A DNA stretch of 64,000 bases, taken from Prolixibacteraceae bacterium. Its GTDB lineage: Bacteria > Bacteroidota > Bacteroidia > Bacteroidales > Prolixibacteraceae. The stretch covers positions 39,502-103,501 of the forward strand of contig JAOARB010000010.1 of the NCBI GenBank assembly GCA_025210775.1, given 5' to 3'. The notes under the pieces were generated by a model that worked only from the letters and a program-made list of their open reading frames with translations, had not been told where the DNA came from and did not search any database. This document shows, in pieces, positions 19,017-29,582 of this stretch. Both the position numbers and the translations under genes were made by a program. The first letter of the stretch is position 1. Each line of letters opens with the position of its first letter.

Positions 19017-22000
19017 ATGAAGCAATACAAATTTTACAATAAGATCATCGGTTGGATTGTCTTTGCTATTGCAGCAATAGTCTATCTGATGACTATCGAG
19101 CCCACAGCCAGTTTCTGGGATTGTGGAGAGTTCATTACGACCTCATATAAACTAGAAGTAGGACACCCTCCTGGGGCTCCATTCTTTTTATTGCTAGGAC
19201 GTTTCTTCTCTATATTTGCTTCAGATCCTTCAAAGGTTGCAATGATGGTCAACTCATTGTCCGCCTTGGCTAGTGCTTTTACCATCTTATTCCTATTCTG
19301 GAGTATCACCCATCTTGCTAAGAACTTAGTGGTAGGGAAAGAAGAGACTCCTTCTTTAGGTCATATGATTGCTATCTTTGGTTCGGGTGCTGTAGGTGCG
19401 CTTGCTTATACATTCTCAGACACATTCTGGTTTTCAGCGGTAGAGGGAGAAGTATATGCTACCTCCTCACTTTTTACGGCCATTGTTTTCTGGGCAATAC
19501 TGAAATGGGAAAACGAAGCAGACGATCCTCATTCCAACAGATGGCTTGTATTTATTGCCTATATGATTGGTCTGTCTATCGGTGTTCACCTTCTTAACCT
19601 TCTAGCAATACCTGCGATTGGTTTGGTCTATTACTTCAGAAAGTATAAACCTACATGGAAAGGTGCGATAATTGCTTTGATTGTTTCTACCATTATTCTC
19701 GGAACCATCATGTGGGGTATCATTCCTGGGGTGATCAAATTTGCAAGTTGGTTTGAACTGTTTGCAGTGAACTCACTAGGTCTTCCTTTCAATAGTGGTG
19801 TCATTATCTACTCTATTCTATTGATTCTAGGGTTAGTATATGGAATTCATTATACAACAAAAAAAGAGATGCCTTGGAGAAATCTTGTGGTGGTATCGAC
19901 AACCGTAATCATCATTGGTTATTTCTCTTATGCTATGATTGTTATCCGTTCTTCGGCTAATCCTCCAATGGATCAGAACAATCCGAATAATGTATTCTCT
20001 CTTTTAGATTACCTTAACCGTGAACAGTATGGTGATCGTCCTTTGGCCTATGGTGCTTACTATAATACGCCATTAGATGAGAACAATCCTTACAACGAAG
20101 CGAAACCTAGTTACATTCAGAAAGAGGGCAAATACAAGAAAGTGAAAGTACGCCAAACACCGAACTATCAAAGTATCGGTTGTACTGTATTTCCTCGTAT
20201 GTATAGTAGTCAGTCAGCCCATGTTAAGGAGTATAAGAAATGGGCCAACATCAAAGGAACTTCGATCACTGTGGTTGGAGATAGAGGCGAGCGTCAAAGA
20301 ATAATGAAGCCAACGTTTGGAGAGAACCTTACGTTCTTCTTTAAGTATCAAGTAAACTACATGTACTTGAGATATTTTATGTGGAACTTTAGTGGGCGAC
20401 AAAATGATATCCAAGGACACGGAGATGTGATCAGAGGAAACTGGATCTCAGGTATTCCTTTTATCGATAATATTAGATTAGGAGATCAGTCACAACTACC
20501 TAAAATATGGAAAGAGAACAGAGGACGCAATCAATATTATATGCTTCCATTTCTTCTTGGTTTGTTAGGTATGTTCTTTCAATATAATCGTAGCAAGAAA
20601 GGGAAATACGACTTTGCTATTGTGATGATGCTGTTTATCATGACTGGTCTAGCGATCGTTGTATATCTAAACCAGACTCCTCTGCAACCTCGTGAAAGAG
20701 ACTATGCGTATGCAGGTTCTTTTTATGCCTTTGCTATTTGGATCGGATTAGGGGTACTAGGGCTTATTGATATTCTTAAAAGAATAGCTCCATACAAAGT
20801 CAGTGCAATTATTGCGACCCTTGCTTCTCTGATCCTAGTACCAGGTATTATGGCGTCTGAGAACTGGGATGATCATGATCGTTCTAACCGTTATACTTGT
20901 AGAAGTACGGGATATAACTATCTAAATACGTGTGATCCAAATGGAATTATCTTCACCAATGGAGATAACGACACATTCCCTCTTTGGTATGCACAAGACG
21001 TAGAAGGTATTCGTACGGATATGCGTGTTTGTAACTTGAGTTATTTACAAACAGATTGGTATATCGATCAGATGAAACGTCAAGCTTATGAGTCGAAACC
21101 TCTTCCAATTACATTTACGAAGGATCAATATGTACTAGGAACAAACGACTATTGCTATGTATACGAACATCCTTCATTTAAAGACAAACGTTTAGAGCTA
21201 AGAGACGTTATTGACAGTTTTATTAAGTCTACAAACAAAGCAACGAAACTTCAAGATAATATTGCTTTCTTCCCAACACGTAAATTAAAAGTTACGATTG
21301 ACAAAGAGCAAGTTATCAAGAGTGGTCTTGTAGCACGTAAGGATTCGGATAAAATCGTTCCGGTTATCAATATCGACTTAAAATCAAATATCATTACCAA
21401 AGACCAGTTAATCCTTCTTGATATGATTGCACATACCGATTGGACTCGTCCTTTCTATTTCGCGATCACTGTAGGTAGTGATAAATACTTAGGTCTTCAG
21501 AGATATTTTAGAACAGAAGGTTTTGCATATCGTTTGGTTCCATTGAAAAATGAGAATGTAAACAGTGACCCAGAAGAAGTAAGCATGGTAAACATTGACA
21601 AGATGTACCATAATATGATGGAGAAATTCGATTGGGGTAACATGCAAGATCCTAAAGTCTATCTGGATGAGAACAATTCTCGTATGGCAATGAACATCAG
21701 AAATAGTTTTATTAGACTTGCTGAAGCTCTACTACAAGATAGCTTGAAGATGAACAATTCTATCAACGTTGGAAGTGAGACTCCTCAGTTAGACAACAGA
21801 ATGAAGGCAATCAAAGTATTAAATCGTTGTGAGGAAGTTGCACCATCATCTAAAATCACTTATGACTATTTTGGTCTATTGATGGCACAAGCTTATTTCA
21901 AAGCGAATGATCGTGAAGCTGCAGTTCGCATCTTTAAAGAGATGTTAAACAACTATTCGGGACAATTGAACTTCTATCTTCAACTTTCTAAAGGAGAAAA

Positions 22001-22136
22001 GATGGTCATTCAAAATGATATCCGTAGAGCATTATATATACTAAAAGAGATGAGCGATACTTGTGCTAAATACCAAGAAACTCAACTCCAGAAATCGATA
22101 GATACAGTCTTTGAAACGTCAATTCAGAGATTGTAG
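19017..22136 (+). CDS. DUF2723 (TMEM260-like, GT-C-fold) membrane protein, paralog B
   Basis: 1039 aa. SFWDCGEFITTSYKLEVGHPPGAPFF and the same conserved blocks as paralog A along the whole N-terminal two thirds. Confidence 0.85.
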   Translation: MKQYKFYNKIIGWIVFAIAAIVYLMTIEPTASFWDCGEFITTSYKLEVGHPPGAPFFLLLGRFFSIFASDPSKVAMMVNSLSALASAFTILFLFWSITHLAKNLVVGKEETPSLGHMIAIFGSGAVGALAYTFSDTFWFSAVEGEVYATSSLFTAIVFWAILKWENEADDPHSNRWLVFIAYMIGLSIGVHLLNLLAIPAIGLVYYFRKYKPTWKGAIIALIVSTIILGTIMWGIIPGVIKFASWFELFAVNSLGLPFNSGVIIYSILLILGLVYGIHYTTKKEMPWRNLVVVSTTVIIIGYFSYAMIVIRSSANPPMDQNNPNNVFSLLDYLNREQYGDRPLAYGAYYNTPLDENNPYNEAKPSYIQKEGKYKKVKVRQTPNYQSIGCTVFPRMYSSQSAHVKEYKKWANIKGTSITVVGDRGERQRIMKPTFGENLTFFFKYQVNYMYLRYFMWNFSGRQNDIQGHGDVIRGNWISGIPFIDNIRLGDQSQLPKIWKENRGRNQYYMLPFLLGLLGMFFQYNRSKKGKYDFAIVMMLFIMTGLAIVVYLNQTPLQPRERDYAYAGSFYAFAIWIGLGVLGLIDILKRIAPYKVSAIIATLASLILVPGIMASENWDDHDRSNRYTCRSTGYNYLNTCDPNGIIFTNGDNDTFPLWYAQDVEGIRTDMRVCNLSYLQTDWYIDQMKRQAYESKPLPITFTKDQYVLGTNDYCYVYEHPSFKDKRLELRDVIDSFIKSTNKATKLQDNIAFFPTRKLKVTIDKEQVIKSGLVARKDSDKIVPVINIDLKSNIITKDQLILLDMIAHTDWTRPFYFAITVGSDKYLGLQRYFRTEGFAYRLVPLKNENVNSDPEEVSMVNIDKMYHNMMEKFDWGNMQDPKVYLDENNSRMAMNIRNSFIRLAEALLQDSLKMNNSINVGSETPQLDNRMKAIKVLNRCEEVAPSSKITYDYFGLLMAQAYFKANDREAAVRIFKEMLNNYSGQLNFYLQLSKGEKMVIQNDIRRALYILKEMSDTCAKYQETQLQKSIDTVFETSIQRL

Positions 22137-22157
22137 CAACCTTATTTCACAAAAAAC

Positions 22158-22195
22158 AAAAGACTCCCTTTCGTCCTAAAGAATGGGAGTCTTTT
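22158..22195 (+). terminator. intrinsic terminator
   Basis: Stem AAAAGACTCCC/GGGAGTCTTTT. The T-rich tail is part of the stem. Confidence 0.5.
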
Positions 22196-22378
22196 GGTAT
22201 TCATAAATAACTCTAAATAATCACAACAAATTGTTTTTTTGGCAGAAGAGGGCATTTTCTATATCTTTGTACCCAATAATTGAATTGTCAGAACAGTCTA
22301 TTTATAGGATTATTTAAGTGAAATTGATCTAAATTTATGCTTCAGCACTAAATAAAGATCGGTTGTGAAGGTTTCTTT

Positions 22379-23110
22379 GTGCGACCTTATATTTTGTGTA
22401 TGAAACTAAAGTTACAAGTACATTTGCCAGAAACATTAACCAAATGGTTTCCTGAAGCCATATGGAGAATGGACGAAACAGAGAAAAGTTGTTATCTAAC
22501 TTTTGATGATGGCCCCATCCCAGAGATCACCCCATGGGTGTTAGATCTTTTGGCTCAATACAATATCAAAGCGACCTTCTTTGTTGTAGGAGAAAATGTT
22601 CATAAATATCCGGAGATCTATCACAGAATAATAGAAGAAGGACATGCCGTAGGGAATCACACCTACAATCACTTACAAGGATTAAAAACACCCAATAAAG
22701 AATTCTATCAAAATATTGAGAAGACAGATAGACTTATTGGTTCCAATCTATTTAGACCACCTCATGGTCTTGTAAAACGATCACAATATCGTTATCTAAA
22801 ACAGAAATATAAGCTAATCATGTGGGATGTCATCAGTTGTGATTACAACCGTAACATCTCTAAAATGGAAGTACTGAGAAATGTACTCGATTTTGTACGT
22901 CCAGGTAGTATTATCACTTTCCATGATTCGATCAAATCAGAAGAGAACTTAAAATATGCCCTTCCTTTAGCAATTCAAGCATTGCAAGGCGAAGGTTATG
23001 AGTTTAAAAAGATTGAATTTCCAAAGATCAGACCTCTATATATCAAGCCCAACATCGAAATTGTGGAGCGCATACGTGAGAAAATACGACGTATCTCCAA
23101 AGGAGCATAA
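22379..23110 (+). CDS. polysaccharide deacetylase (NodB-homology, CE4) family protein
   Basis: YLTFDDGPIPEITPWVLDLL...ATFFVVGENV...GHAVGNHTYNH. The ORF opens with GTG at 22379. An ATG alternative is at 22400. Confidence 0.85.
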   Translation: MRPYILCMKLKLQVHLPETLTKWFPEAIWRMDETEKSCYLTFDDGPIPEITPWVLDLLAQYNIKATFFVVGENVHKYPEIYHRIIEEGHAVGNHTYNHLQGLKTPNKEFYQNIEKTDRLIGSNLFRPPHGLVKRSQYRYLKQKYKLIMWDVISCDYNRNISKMEVLRNVLDFVRPGSIITFHDSIKSEENLKYALPLAIQALQGEGYEFKKIEFPKIRPLYIKPNIEIVERIREKIRRISKGA

Positions 23111-23196
23111 AAAGACAGCATAATATTACATTGTAAACTCTGTGTAAACAATTTTAAAAGCATCTCTATTTCTATACGGAAACTCTCAATTAAAGC

Positions 23197-23204
23197 TAAT
23201 TTTG
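23197..23204 (+). promoter_or_regulatory. candidate -7 box TAATTTTG upstream of purD
   Basis: 64 nt upstream of the ATG at 23268. Confidence 0.3.
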
Positions 23205-23267
23205 TAACAAACAATGATCCTAAACCAGTCATTGTAATATTCACAAAATCCTAATTTCAACTTTATA

Positions 23268-24539
23268 ATGAGAATCTTAGTTATAGGCTCCGGAGGTAGA
23301 GAACATGCTATTGGCTGGAAAATCGCTCAAGACGAGAAGAGAGAGAACATCTTTTTTCTTCCAGGAAATGCAGGAACAGCACAAATAGGCCAAAATATTG
23401 ATGGTGATGTAATGGACTTTGTACACATCAAAGAGAGTTGTATTGCCAATAATATAGAGATGGTGGTTGTTGGACCAGAGAATCCTCTATGTGCAGGAAT
23501 ATATGACCTGTTTAAGACAGATGAAGCATTAAAGAATATTGCGCTTATTGGCCCATCAAGAGAAGGTGCACAATTGGAAGGAAGCAAAGATTTTGCTAAA
23601 GCATTTATGGCAAAATATGATATTCCAACGGCACAATACCAAACCTTCACCTCAGATTCCATTGAAGAAGGAAAAGCTTTTATGAAGACCTTAGCTCCAC
23701 CATACGTATTAAAAGCGGATGGTCCTGCAGCAGGAAAAGGAGTAGTAATCTTAGATACTTACGAACAAGCATCACAAGAACTAGAAGAGATGCTTAATGG
23801 TAAGTTTGGAGAAGCATCATCAAAAGTAGTTATCGAAGAGTTCCTTTCAGGTATCGAATGTTCGGTATTTGTTCTAACAGATGGAAAAAACTACAAGATT
23901 CTTCCTGTCGCAAAAGACTACAAACGTATTGGAGAAGGAGATACTGGACTAAATACGGGTGGTATGGGCGCAATCTCACCAGTACCATTTGCTGATGAAG
24001 TCTTTATGTCAAAAGTAAAAGAACGAGTAGTACTTCCAACACTACACGGAATAGAACAAGAGAATATTGACTATAAAGGTTTTATCTTTATTGGACTTAT
24101 CAGTGTCAAAGGCGAACCATTTGTAATTGAATACAATGTACGCTTGGGAGATCCTGAAACAGAAGCAATCATGCTTCGTATTGAGAGTAGTCTTGTGGAT
24201 CTTTTTAAAGGTGTTGCCAATCAAAACTTAGATGAAGTTGACTATAAAGAGAGTAAACAGACCTCTGCAACAGTGATGTTGGTATCTCAAGGTTATCCTG
24301 AGAAATATGAAAAAGGGAAAGCCATCACTTTCGAAACAGATAAAGATTACGATGGAGCGGTATTCCATGCGGGAACAAAACAACAAGACGATCAGATTGT
24401 AACCAATGGAGGACGTGTTATTTCGGTAAGTGCAAAAGGAGACAATATTCCTGAAGTACTAAAGAAAGCATACCAACAAGTAGATAAAATTTCCTTTGAA
24501 GGAAAATTCTATCGCAAAGATCTTGGATTCGATCTATAG
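23268..24539 (+). CDS. purD: phosphoribosylamine--glycine ligase
   Basis: 423 aa. MRILVIGSGGREHAIGWK, an ATP-grasp core, and NVRLGDPETE. Confidence 0.95.
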   Translation: MRILVIGSGGREHAIGWKIAQDEKRENIFFLPGNAGTAQIGQNIDGDVMDFVHIKESCIANNIEMVVVGPENPLCAGIYDLFKTDEALKNIALIGPSREGAQLEGSKDFAKAFMAKYDIPTAQYQTFTSDSIEEGKAFMKTLAPPYVLKADGPAAGKGVVILDTYEQASQELEEMLNGKFGEASSKVVIEEFLSGIECSVFVLTDGKNYKILPVAKDYKRIGEGDTGLNTGGMGAISPVPFADEVFMSKVKERVVLPTLHGIEQENIDYKGFIFIGLISVKGEPFVIEYNVRLGDPETEAIMLRIESSLVDLFKGVANQNLDEVDYKESKQTSATVMLVSQGYPEKYEKGKAITFETDKDYDGAVFHAGTKQQDDQIVTNGGRVISVSAKGDNIPEVLKKAYQQVDKISFEGKFYRKDLGFDL

Positions 24540-24632
24540 TTTTATAATCTTCGTATTGCCACTTTTCGAGTAGTAATAAACATTAGAAAAGTGGCAATAT
24601 AAGGATTCTAAAAACAAATATTTTACATAGCT

Positions 24633-25634
24633 ATGTTGCTCACGATACTTAAGACAGACCGTTTATCTAATACGATATTATTACTTCTTACAACGATCTT
24701 ATTATGGGTAGCAGCCTGGCTCGATCCAGTGGCATTCTACTTCTTCCCAGGAGAATCATCAATGCCACTATTTCACTATTTTGACAATCTTTTTCCATTA
24801 AAAGGCAGTATAGGAGTAGCAATCTGCGGTACAATCATGACACTGGTCAATGCAACGTTGGTTCATCTACTCAATTCAAAGTATCTCTTTATGAAGACAA
24901 GGAGCTACTTACCTAGTTTCTTATATATCGTATTTACTAGTTCAGTAAAGGAGTACGACACTTTTCTTCCCTCACAATTTGCTGCGACTCTATTTATTGG
25001 AGGTATCTTTTATATCTTCAGGACCTACCAGTCACCCAAAGCGATAAGTGATATCTTTAAAGCATCTATCATGCTTTCATTGGCATCGTTATTTTATCTT
25101 CCAGCAATATTATTTATTCCAATTGTTTGGGTAGCTGTATTTATTCTTAGACAGAAATTTAACTGGAGACACGTTGTAATCCCAATTATCGGAGTATTAC
25201 TTCCATGGTATGTATGTGGTTCGATTTATTATCTAAACGATCATTTCTACTCACTGGAGAACATCTTAATGTTGAATATGTCGAGTCACAATGAGTTTCT
25301 TTCTCATAATGCTATTATTTATCAACAAGGTATTGTAGTGACCTTATTTGTAATATGGGGGATATTAAGTGTTATGAAGCGTTATGGTCTTAAGAAAGAG
25401 GCTTCTAGAAAATACCTGAATATCATGATATGGACGGTACTATGTTCTATCGTTATATATATCACCATCCATACTTGTTCTTACGAATTGATAACAATTA
25501 CGGCTATACCACTAGCCTATTTAACGGCACATATTTTCCAGTTTTCGAAAGATAATTTTTGGTATAACCTACTCTTCGTTCTATTTATTGCCGTCATTGT
25601 AGGCTCTCCGTATTTACACATAATCACATTATAA
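24633..25634 (+). CDS. polytopic membrane protein, function unknown
   Basis: 333 aa with about 9 hydrophobic helices. The stop is 9 nt before the carbamoyltransferase start, so the two are probably co-transcribed. Confidence 0.65.
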   Translation: MLLTILKTDRLSNTILLLLTTILLWVAAWLDPVAFYFFPGESSMPLFHYFDNLFPLKGSIGVAICGTIMTLVNATLVHLLNSKYLFMKTRSYLPSFLYIVFTSSVKEYDTFLPSQFAATLFIGGIFYIFRTYQSPKAISDIFKASIMLSLASLFYLPAILFIPIVWVAVFILRQKFNWRHVVIPIIGVLLPWYVCGSIYYLNDHFYSLENILMLNMSSHNEFLSHNAIIYQQGIVVTLFVIWGILSVMKRYGLKKEASRKYLNIMIWTVLCSIVIYITIHTCSYELITITAIPLAYLTAHIFQFSKDNFWYNLLFVLFIAVIVGSPYLHIITL

Positions 25635-25643
25635 TATATCCTA

Positions 25644-27311
25644 ATGAGTAGTTCTAAATGGAATCCCAATATCCCTACTCTAGCGATCTATGGGATACAA
25701 GATTGTATAGATAGCGAATATCCCGGTTTTATCCATGACCATAACATGGTTCTTTTCAACCAAGGTAAAGTGGAAAAACTGGTTCAATTAGAGAGGATTA
25801 CAAGGAATAAAAGAGACAACAAATTACATCAACATATCATCCCTCTACTTAGAGAGGAGAAATTGATTGGCAAAGAGCTGGATATTGTGTTTGTAGATCA
25901 CGAGATCGGACGTGCTTTTATTAGTAGTGATGGGCAAATACGTTTTGAGGCACCACTTCGTAATCAACTCGATTGTAGGCCAGAAGAAGGATACCTAAGG
26001 TGGTTTGACACTAAGAATAAAGGTTGGGTATTAAACCATGAGATGGCTCATATTGCAACGACTTTACCATTTTGTGGGACATGGAAAGAAAACAGTCTTC
26101 TACTTCATTATGATGGTGGTGCAAGTTGCTCTAATTTTAGTGCATGGCACTATAAAAATGGGAAACTAACACTAGTGGATGCCCATTGGAAGAATAAAAG
26201 AATTACCTCTCTTCATAATGCCAATGCTTTGACTTTTGCCATCGTAGGAGCCAAAAGATTTGATCAGAATTCTGTACCAGGAAAGATCATGGGATTTGGA
26301 TCTTTTGGGGAAGATATACCAGAGATACGACAATGGTTAAAAAGAAACGACTTCTTTCAGAATATCTGGACCTCTAAAAACATTTTCTTCAAAAAAGCCA
26401 AAGAGGAGATGGGAGTAGATCTTCATCACTTTGATCTTAAAGACCATTTTATACAAAATATTGCAGCTTCCATTCAAGCAGAGTTTGAGGAACAGCTATT
26501 TAAAGATCTATACCATTATAAAGAGATAACCAAAGCCGAACACCTATACTATTCAGGAGGTTGTGCACTAAATATTAAGGCCAACTCGAGGATCGTTGAA
26601 TCGGGAATATTTAAAGAGGTGGTCATTCCTCCATGTTGTGAAGACTCTGGTCTTGCCCTCGGTGCAGGTGCATGGATAGAATTTCTGAAACATGGTAAAG
26701 TAGAAAAACATTCTCCCTATCTTAACAATTGGAATCTTTCTGATGCACACCATGAATACCCACAAGAGGTAGTCGAAGAGGTGGCAAAAAGATTAAATCA
26801 GAATCAAGTTCTAGCTACATGTATTGGGAACGGTGAGGTTGGTCCCAGAGCATTAGGAAACAGAAGTATCATAGCCAAAGCCAGCTCAAAAGAGTTAGCA
26901 CAGAAAGTGAGTGAATATCACAAAAAAAGAGAATGGTATAGGCCCATAGCACCAATAATGTTAAAACGAAATGCAGAGAAAGTTATAAACACCACCATGA
27001 ATCCTCTTTCTCAATACATGCTATTAGATTATGAAGTAAAAGAAGCATATCGTTCCATGATGGCCGGTGTAGTACATGTAGACAACACCTCTAGAATACA
27101 AACAATAGAAAAGAGAGAACAGAACCCATTTTTATATGATCTTCTTAATATGATGGAAAAGAAATATGGAGAGATTGCCTTAATCAACACCTCCTTCAAT
27201 ATCCAAGGAGAACCGATTGTGAATACTTTTGAACAATCGCTTGTTTCTGCAAAAAGACTCGAAATCGATGGGGTTATAGGGAAAGGTCGACTAACGTTAA
27301 TTGATCTTTAA
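25644..27311 (+). CDS. carbamoyltransferase (NodU/CmcH family)
   Basis: 555 aa. Motifs GGCALN, GPRALGNRSI, VVHVDNTSRIQT and NTSFN. Confidence 0.85.
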   Translation: MSSSKWNPNIPTLAIYGIQDCIDSEYPGFIHDHNMVLFNQGKVEKLVQLERITRNKRDNKLHQHIIPLLREEKLIGKELDIVFVDHEIGRAFISSDGQIRFEAPLRNQLDCRPEEGYLRWFDTKNKGWVLNHEMAHIATTLPFCGTWKENSLLLHYDGGASCSNFSAWHYKNGKLTLVDAHWKNKRITSLHNANALTFAIVGAKRFDQNSVPGKIMGFGSFGEDIPEIRQWLKRNDFFQNIWTSKNIFFKKAKEEMGVDLHHFDLKDHFIQNIAASIQAEFEEQLFKDLYHYKEITKAEHLYYSGGCALNIKANSRIVESGIFKEVVIPPCCEDSGLALGAGAWIEFLKHGKVEKHSPYLNNWNLSDAHHEYPQEVVEEVAKRLNQNQVLATCIGNGEVGPRALGNRSIIAKASSKELAQKVSEYHKKREWYRPIAPIMLKRNAEKVINTTMNPLSQYMLLDYEVKEAYRSMMAGVVHVDNTSRIQTIEKREQNPFLYDLLNMMEKKYGEIALINTSFNIQGEPIVNTFEQSLVSAKRLEIDGVIGKGRLTLIDL

Positions 27312-27429
27312 GAATAGTTTTTTTTAGCCTCCCCCCTATTTTAGACACCTATATTTTCTTAATTTTATAGTGCCTTTTAACCAAAACACCTTGTCTTTTC
27401 AACACATTGTTTGGAAAACGACTACTAGT

Positions 27430-27473
27430 AATGACCACAGCCCCCAAAACCTTGCTGTGGTCATTCCTTTTTT
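27430..27473 (+). terminator. intrinsic terminator
   Basis: Stem AATGACCACAG/CTGTGGTCATT followed by CCTTTTTT. Confidence 0.55.
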
Positions 27474-27617
27474 ACCTCCTCTTTTGATTACAAATCACAA
27501 CCATATCCATACAAAAATCAATATATTTTTAAAAAAAGTGTCTTTTTGATGTAACTATTACTATTCTATTACGTCTTATTAGATGTAAGACCAAAATTAA
27601 TTTGATCAAGAGAAAAG

Positions 27618-28313
27618 ATGCTAATACTAAAAAATATTCATAAGTCATATCCCACTGGTGACACGAAACTTCATGTCTTAAAAGGGATCGATCTACATAT
27701 AACAGAAGGTGAATTTGTATCTATTATGGGTTCATCAGGTTCTGGAAAATCGACATTACTGAATGTACTCGGAATCTTAGATAATTACGACGAAGGCGAG
27801 TATTATCTTAATAAAACCCTAGCAAAAGATATGACAGAGAACCAAGCGGCAGGATTTAGAAACCACACCATTGGTTTCGTATTCCAATCCTTCAACCTAA
27901 TATCTTTTAAAACTGCATTAGAGAATGTTGCACTTCCATTATACTATCAAGGAGTAAAAAGGAGAAAAAGAAACGAGATTGCCCTTAGCTACTTGGAGAA
28001 GGTAGGACTAGACCCATGGGCAGACCATTATCCTAACCAACTATCTGGAGGACAAAAACAAAGGGTAGCCATTGCTCGTGCATTGATCACTTCTCCTAAA
28101 ATCATATTAGCGGATGAACCTACAGGAGCACTAGATACAAAAACATCTTACGAGGTGATGGACTTATTAAAAGAGATCAATGACCAAGGTATTACCGTGA
28201 TCATCGTTACCCACGAGCAAGATATCGCAGACAAAACAAGAAAAGTGATTCATCTAAAAGATGGATTAATTGAGAGAATTCACGAGAATAGCTTTGAACC
28301 TCAAGAACGATAA
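27618..28313 (+). CDS. ABC transporter ATP-binding protein (MacB/LolD-like)
   Basis: Walker [10 protein letters not shown], signature [15 protein letters not shown], Walker [12 protein letters not shown]. Confidence 0.92.
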   Translation: MLILKNIHKSYPTGDTKLHVLKGIDLHITEGEFVSIMGSSGSGKSTLLNVLGILDNYDEGEYYLNKTLAKDMTENQAAGFRNHTIGFVFQSFNLISFKTALENVALPLYYQGVKRRKRNEIALSYLEKVGLDPWADHYPNQLSGGQKQRVAIARALITSPKIILADEPTGALDTKTSYEVMDLLKEINDQGITVIIVTHEQDIADKTRKVIHLKDGLIERIHENSFEPQER

Positions 28314-28316
28314 TAC

Positions 28317-29558
28317 ATGAAATCACTTTTTGATATAGAAGTATGGTATGAAATCTTCATAACCATTAAAAAGAACAAGCTACGCTCCTTTCTTACGAGT
28401 TTCTCCATAGCCTGGGGTATATTTATGCTAATGATACTCCTGGGATCTGGTAATGGACTTCAAAATGGAGCCAAAAAGGAATTCCAGGGTGATGCACTAA
28501 ATACCATATGGGTCTGGACAAGAACGACAAGCAAAGCCTATGATGGATATCCCAAAGGAAGAAGAATAAAACTTCAAAATGAAGATTTCCATATCATAAA
28601 AAACGAGATTGCGAATATTGACCAATTATCTGCAAACTACTATATGGGGGCAACACCCTTTGCATATAAAAATGAGACGGGTAGTTATTCTATCTTTTGT
28701 TGTTACCCAGCAACCAAAACAATCGACAAGATTGACATGTTAGAAGGTCGATTTCTTAACGATCTTGACATTAAGTTAAAAAGGAAAGTAATTGTCATCT
28801 CAAAGAAAGTAAAAGAGAGTCTTTTCAAAAGAGAGAATGCCCTTTCTAAATATATTATCATTAAAAATGTACCATTTAAAGTAGTAGGTGTAGCTGATGA
28901 TAAAAATGACGAAACATCTCCAATGATTCCTTTTACAACATATCAATCTATTTTCCAGAAGACCAATAGAATTCATAACTTAAGCCTTACAACCAAGCAG
29001 ATATCCTTGGCTGAATCTGAAACCCTAGAACAGGAGATACGAAATAGAATGGCACACAAGCACCATTTCGATCCTACAGACACCAGAGCATTGGGAACCT
29101 ATAATAACTATGCGTCGTTCCAAAGAACAATGAAGATATTTATTGGCATAAAACTCTTTATATGGTTAATCGGTTTTGGAACATTAATGGCTGGTATCGT
29201 AGGTGTTAGTAATATTATGCTGATTATCGTCAAAGAAAGAACCAAAGAGATCGGAATACGTAAAGCACTTGGAGCGAAACCGTTCAGTATTATTGCATTG
29301 ATACTTCAAGAATCTATTTTCCTGACCATTACAGCAGGATTTATTGGAATGTTATTCGGAGCAGGAACCATGAAATTAGTGCAACTAATTATGGAATCGA
29401 TGCAAGTAGATAGCTCCTTCTTTGTAGACCCTACAGTCGATATGAGGGTTGCTATTAGTGCAACAATAATGCTTGTGATTGCAGGACTCATTGCTGGATA
29501 TATTCCAGCAAGAAAAGCTGCTAAAGTAAGTCCAATAGAAGCCTTACGATACGAATAA
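28317..29558 (+). CDS. ABC transporter permease (FtsX/MacB-type), copy 1
   Basis: 413 aa. N-terminal TM, a large periplasmic domain, and a C-terminal FtsX-like 3-TM block (IVKERTKEIGIRKALGA). Confidence 0.88.
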   Translation: MKSLFDIEVWYEIFITIKKNKLRSFLTSFSIAWGIFMLMILLGSGNGLQNGAKKEFQGDALNTIWVWTRTTSKAYDGYPKGRRIKLQNEDFHIIKNEIANIDQLSANYYMGATPFAYKNETGSYSIFCCYPATKTIDKIDMLEGRFLNDLDIKLKRKVIVISKKVKESLFKRENALSKYIIIKNVPFKVVGVADDKNDETSPMIPFTTYQSIFQKTNRIHNLSLTTKQISLAESETLEQEIRNRMAHKHHFDPTDTRALGTYNNYASFQRTMKIFIGIKLFIWLIGFGTLMAGIVGVSNIMLIIVKERTKEIGIRKALGAKPFSIIALILQESIFLTITAGFIGMLFGAGTMKLVQLIMESMQVDSSFFVDPTVDMRVAISATIMLVIAGLIAGYIPARKAAKVSPIEALRYE

Positions 29559-29582
29559 ACATCAATCTAGAAAAAAGAAACT

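Noticed and set aside
24554-24599. A 13-bp-stem hairpin (TATTGCCACTTTT/AAAAGTGGCAATA) after purD as a terminator.
   Set aside because: The loop is long (20 nt) and no T-run follows. It could still attenuate transcription, but it is not convincing enough to list as a terminator.
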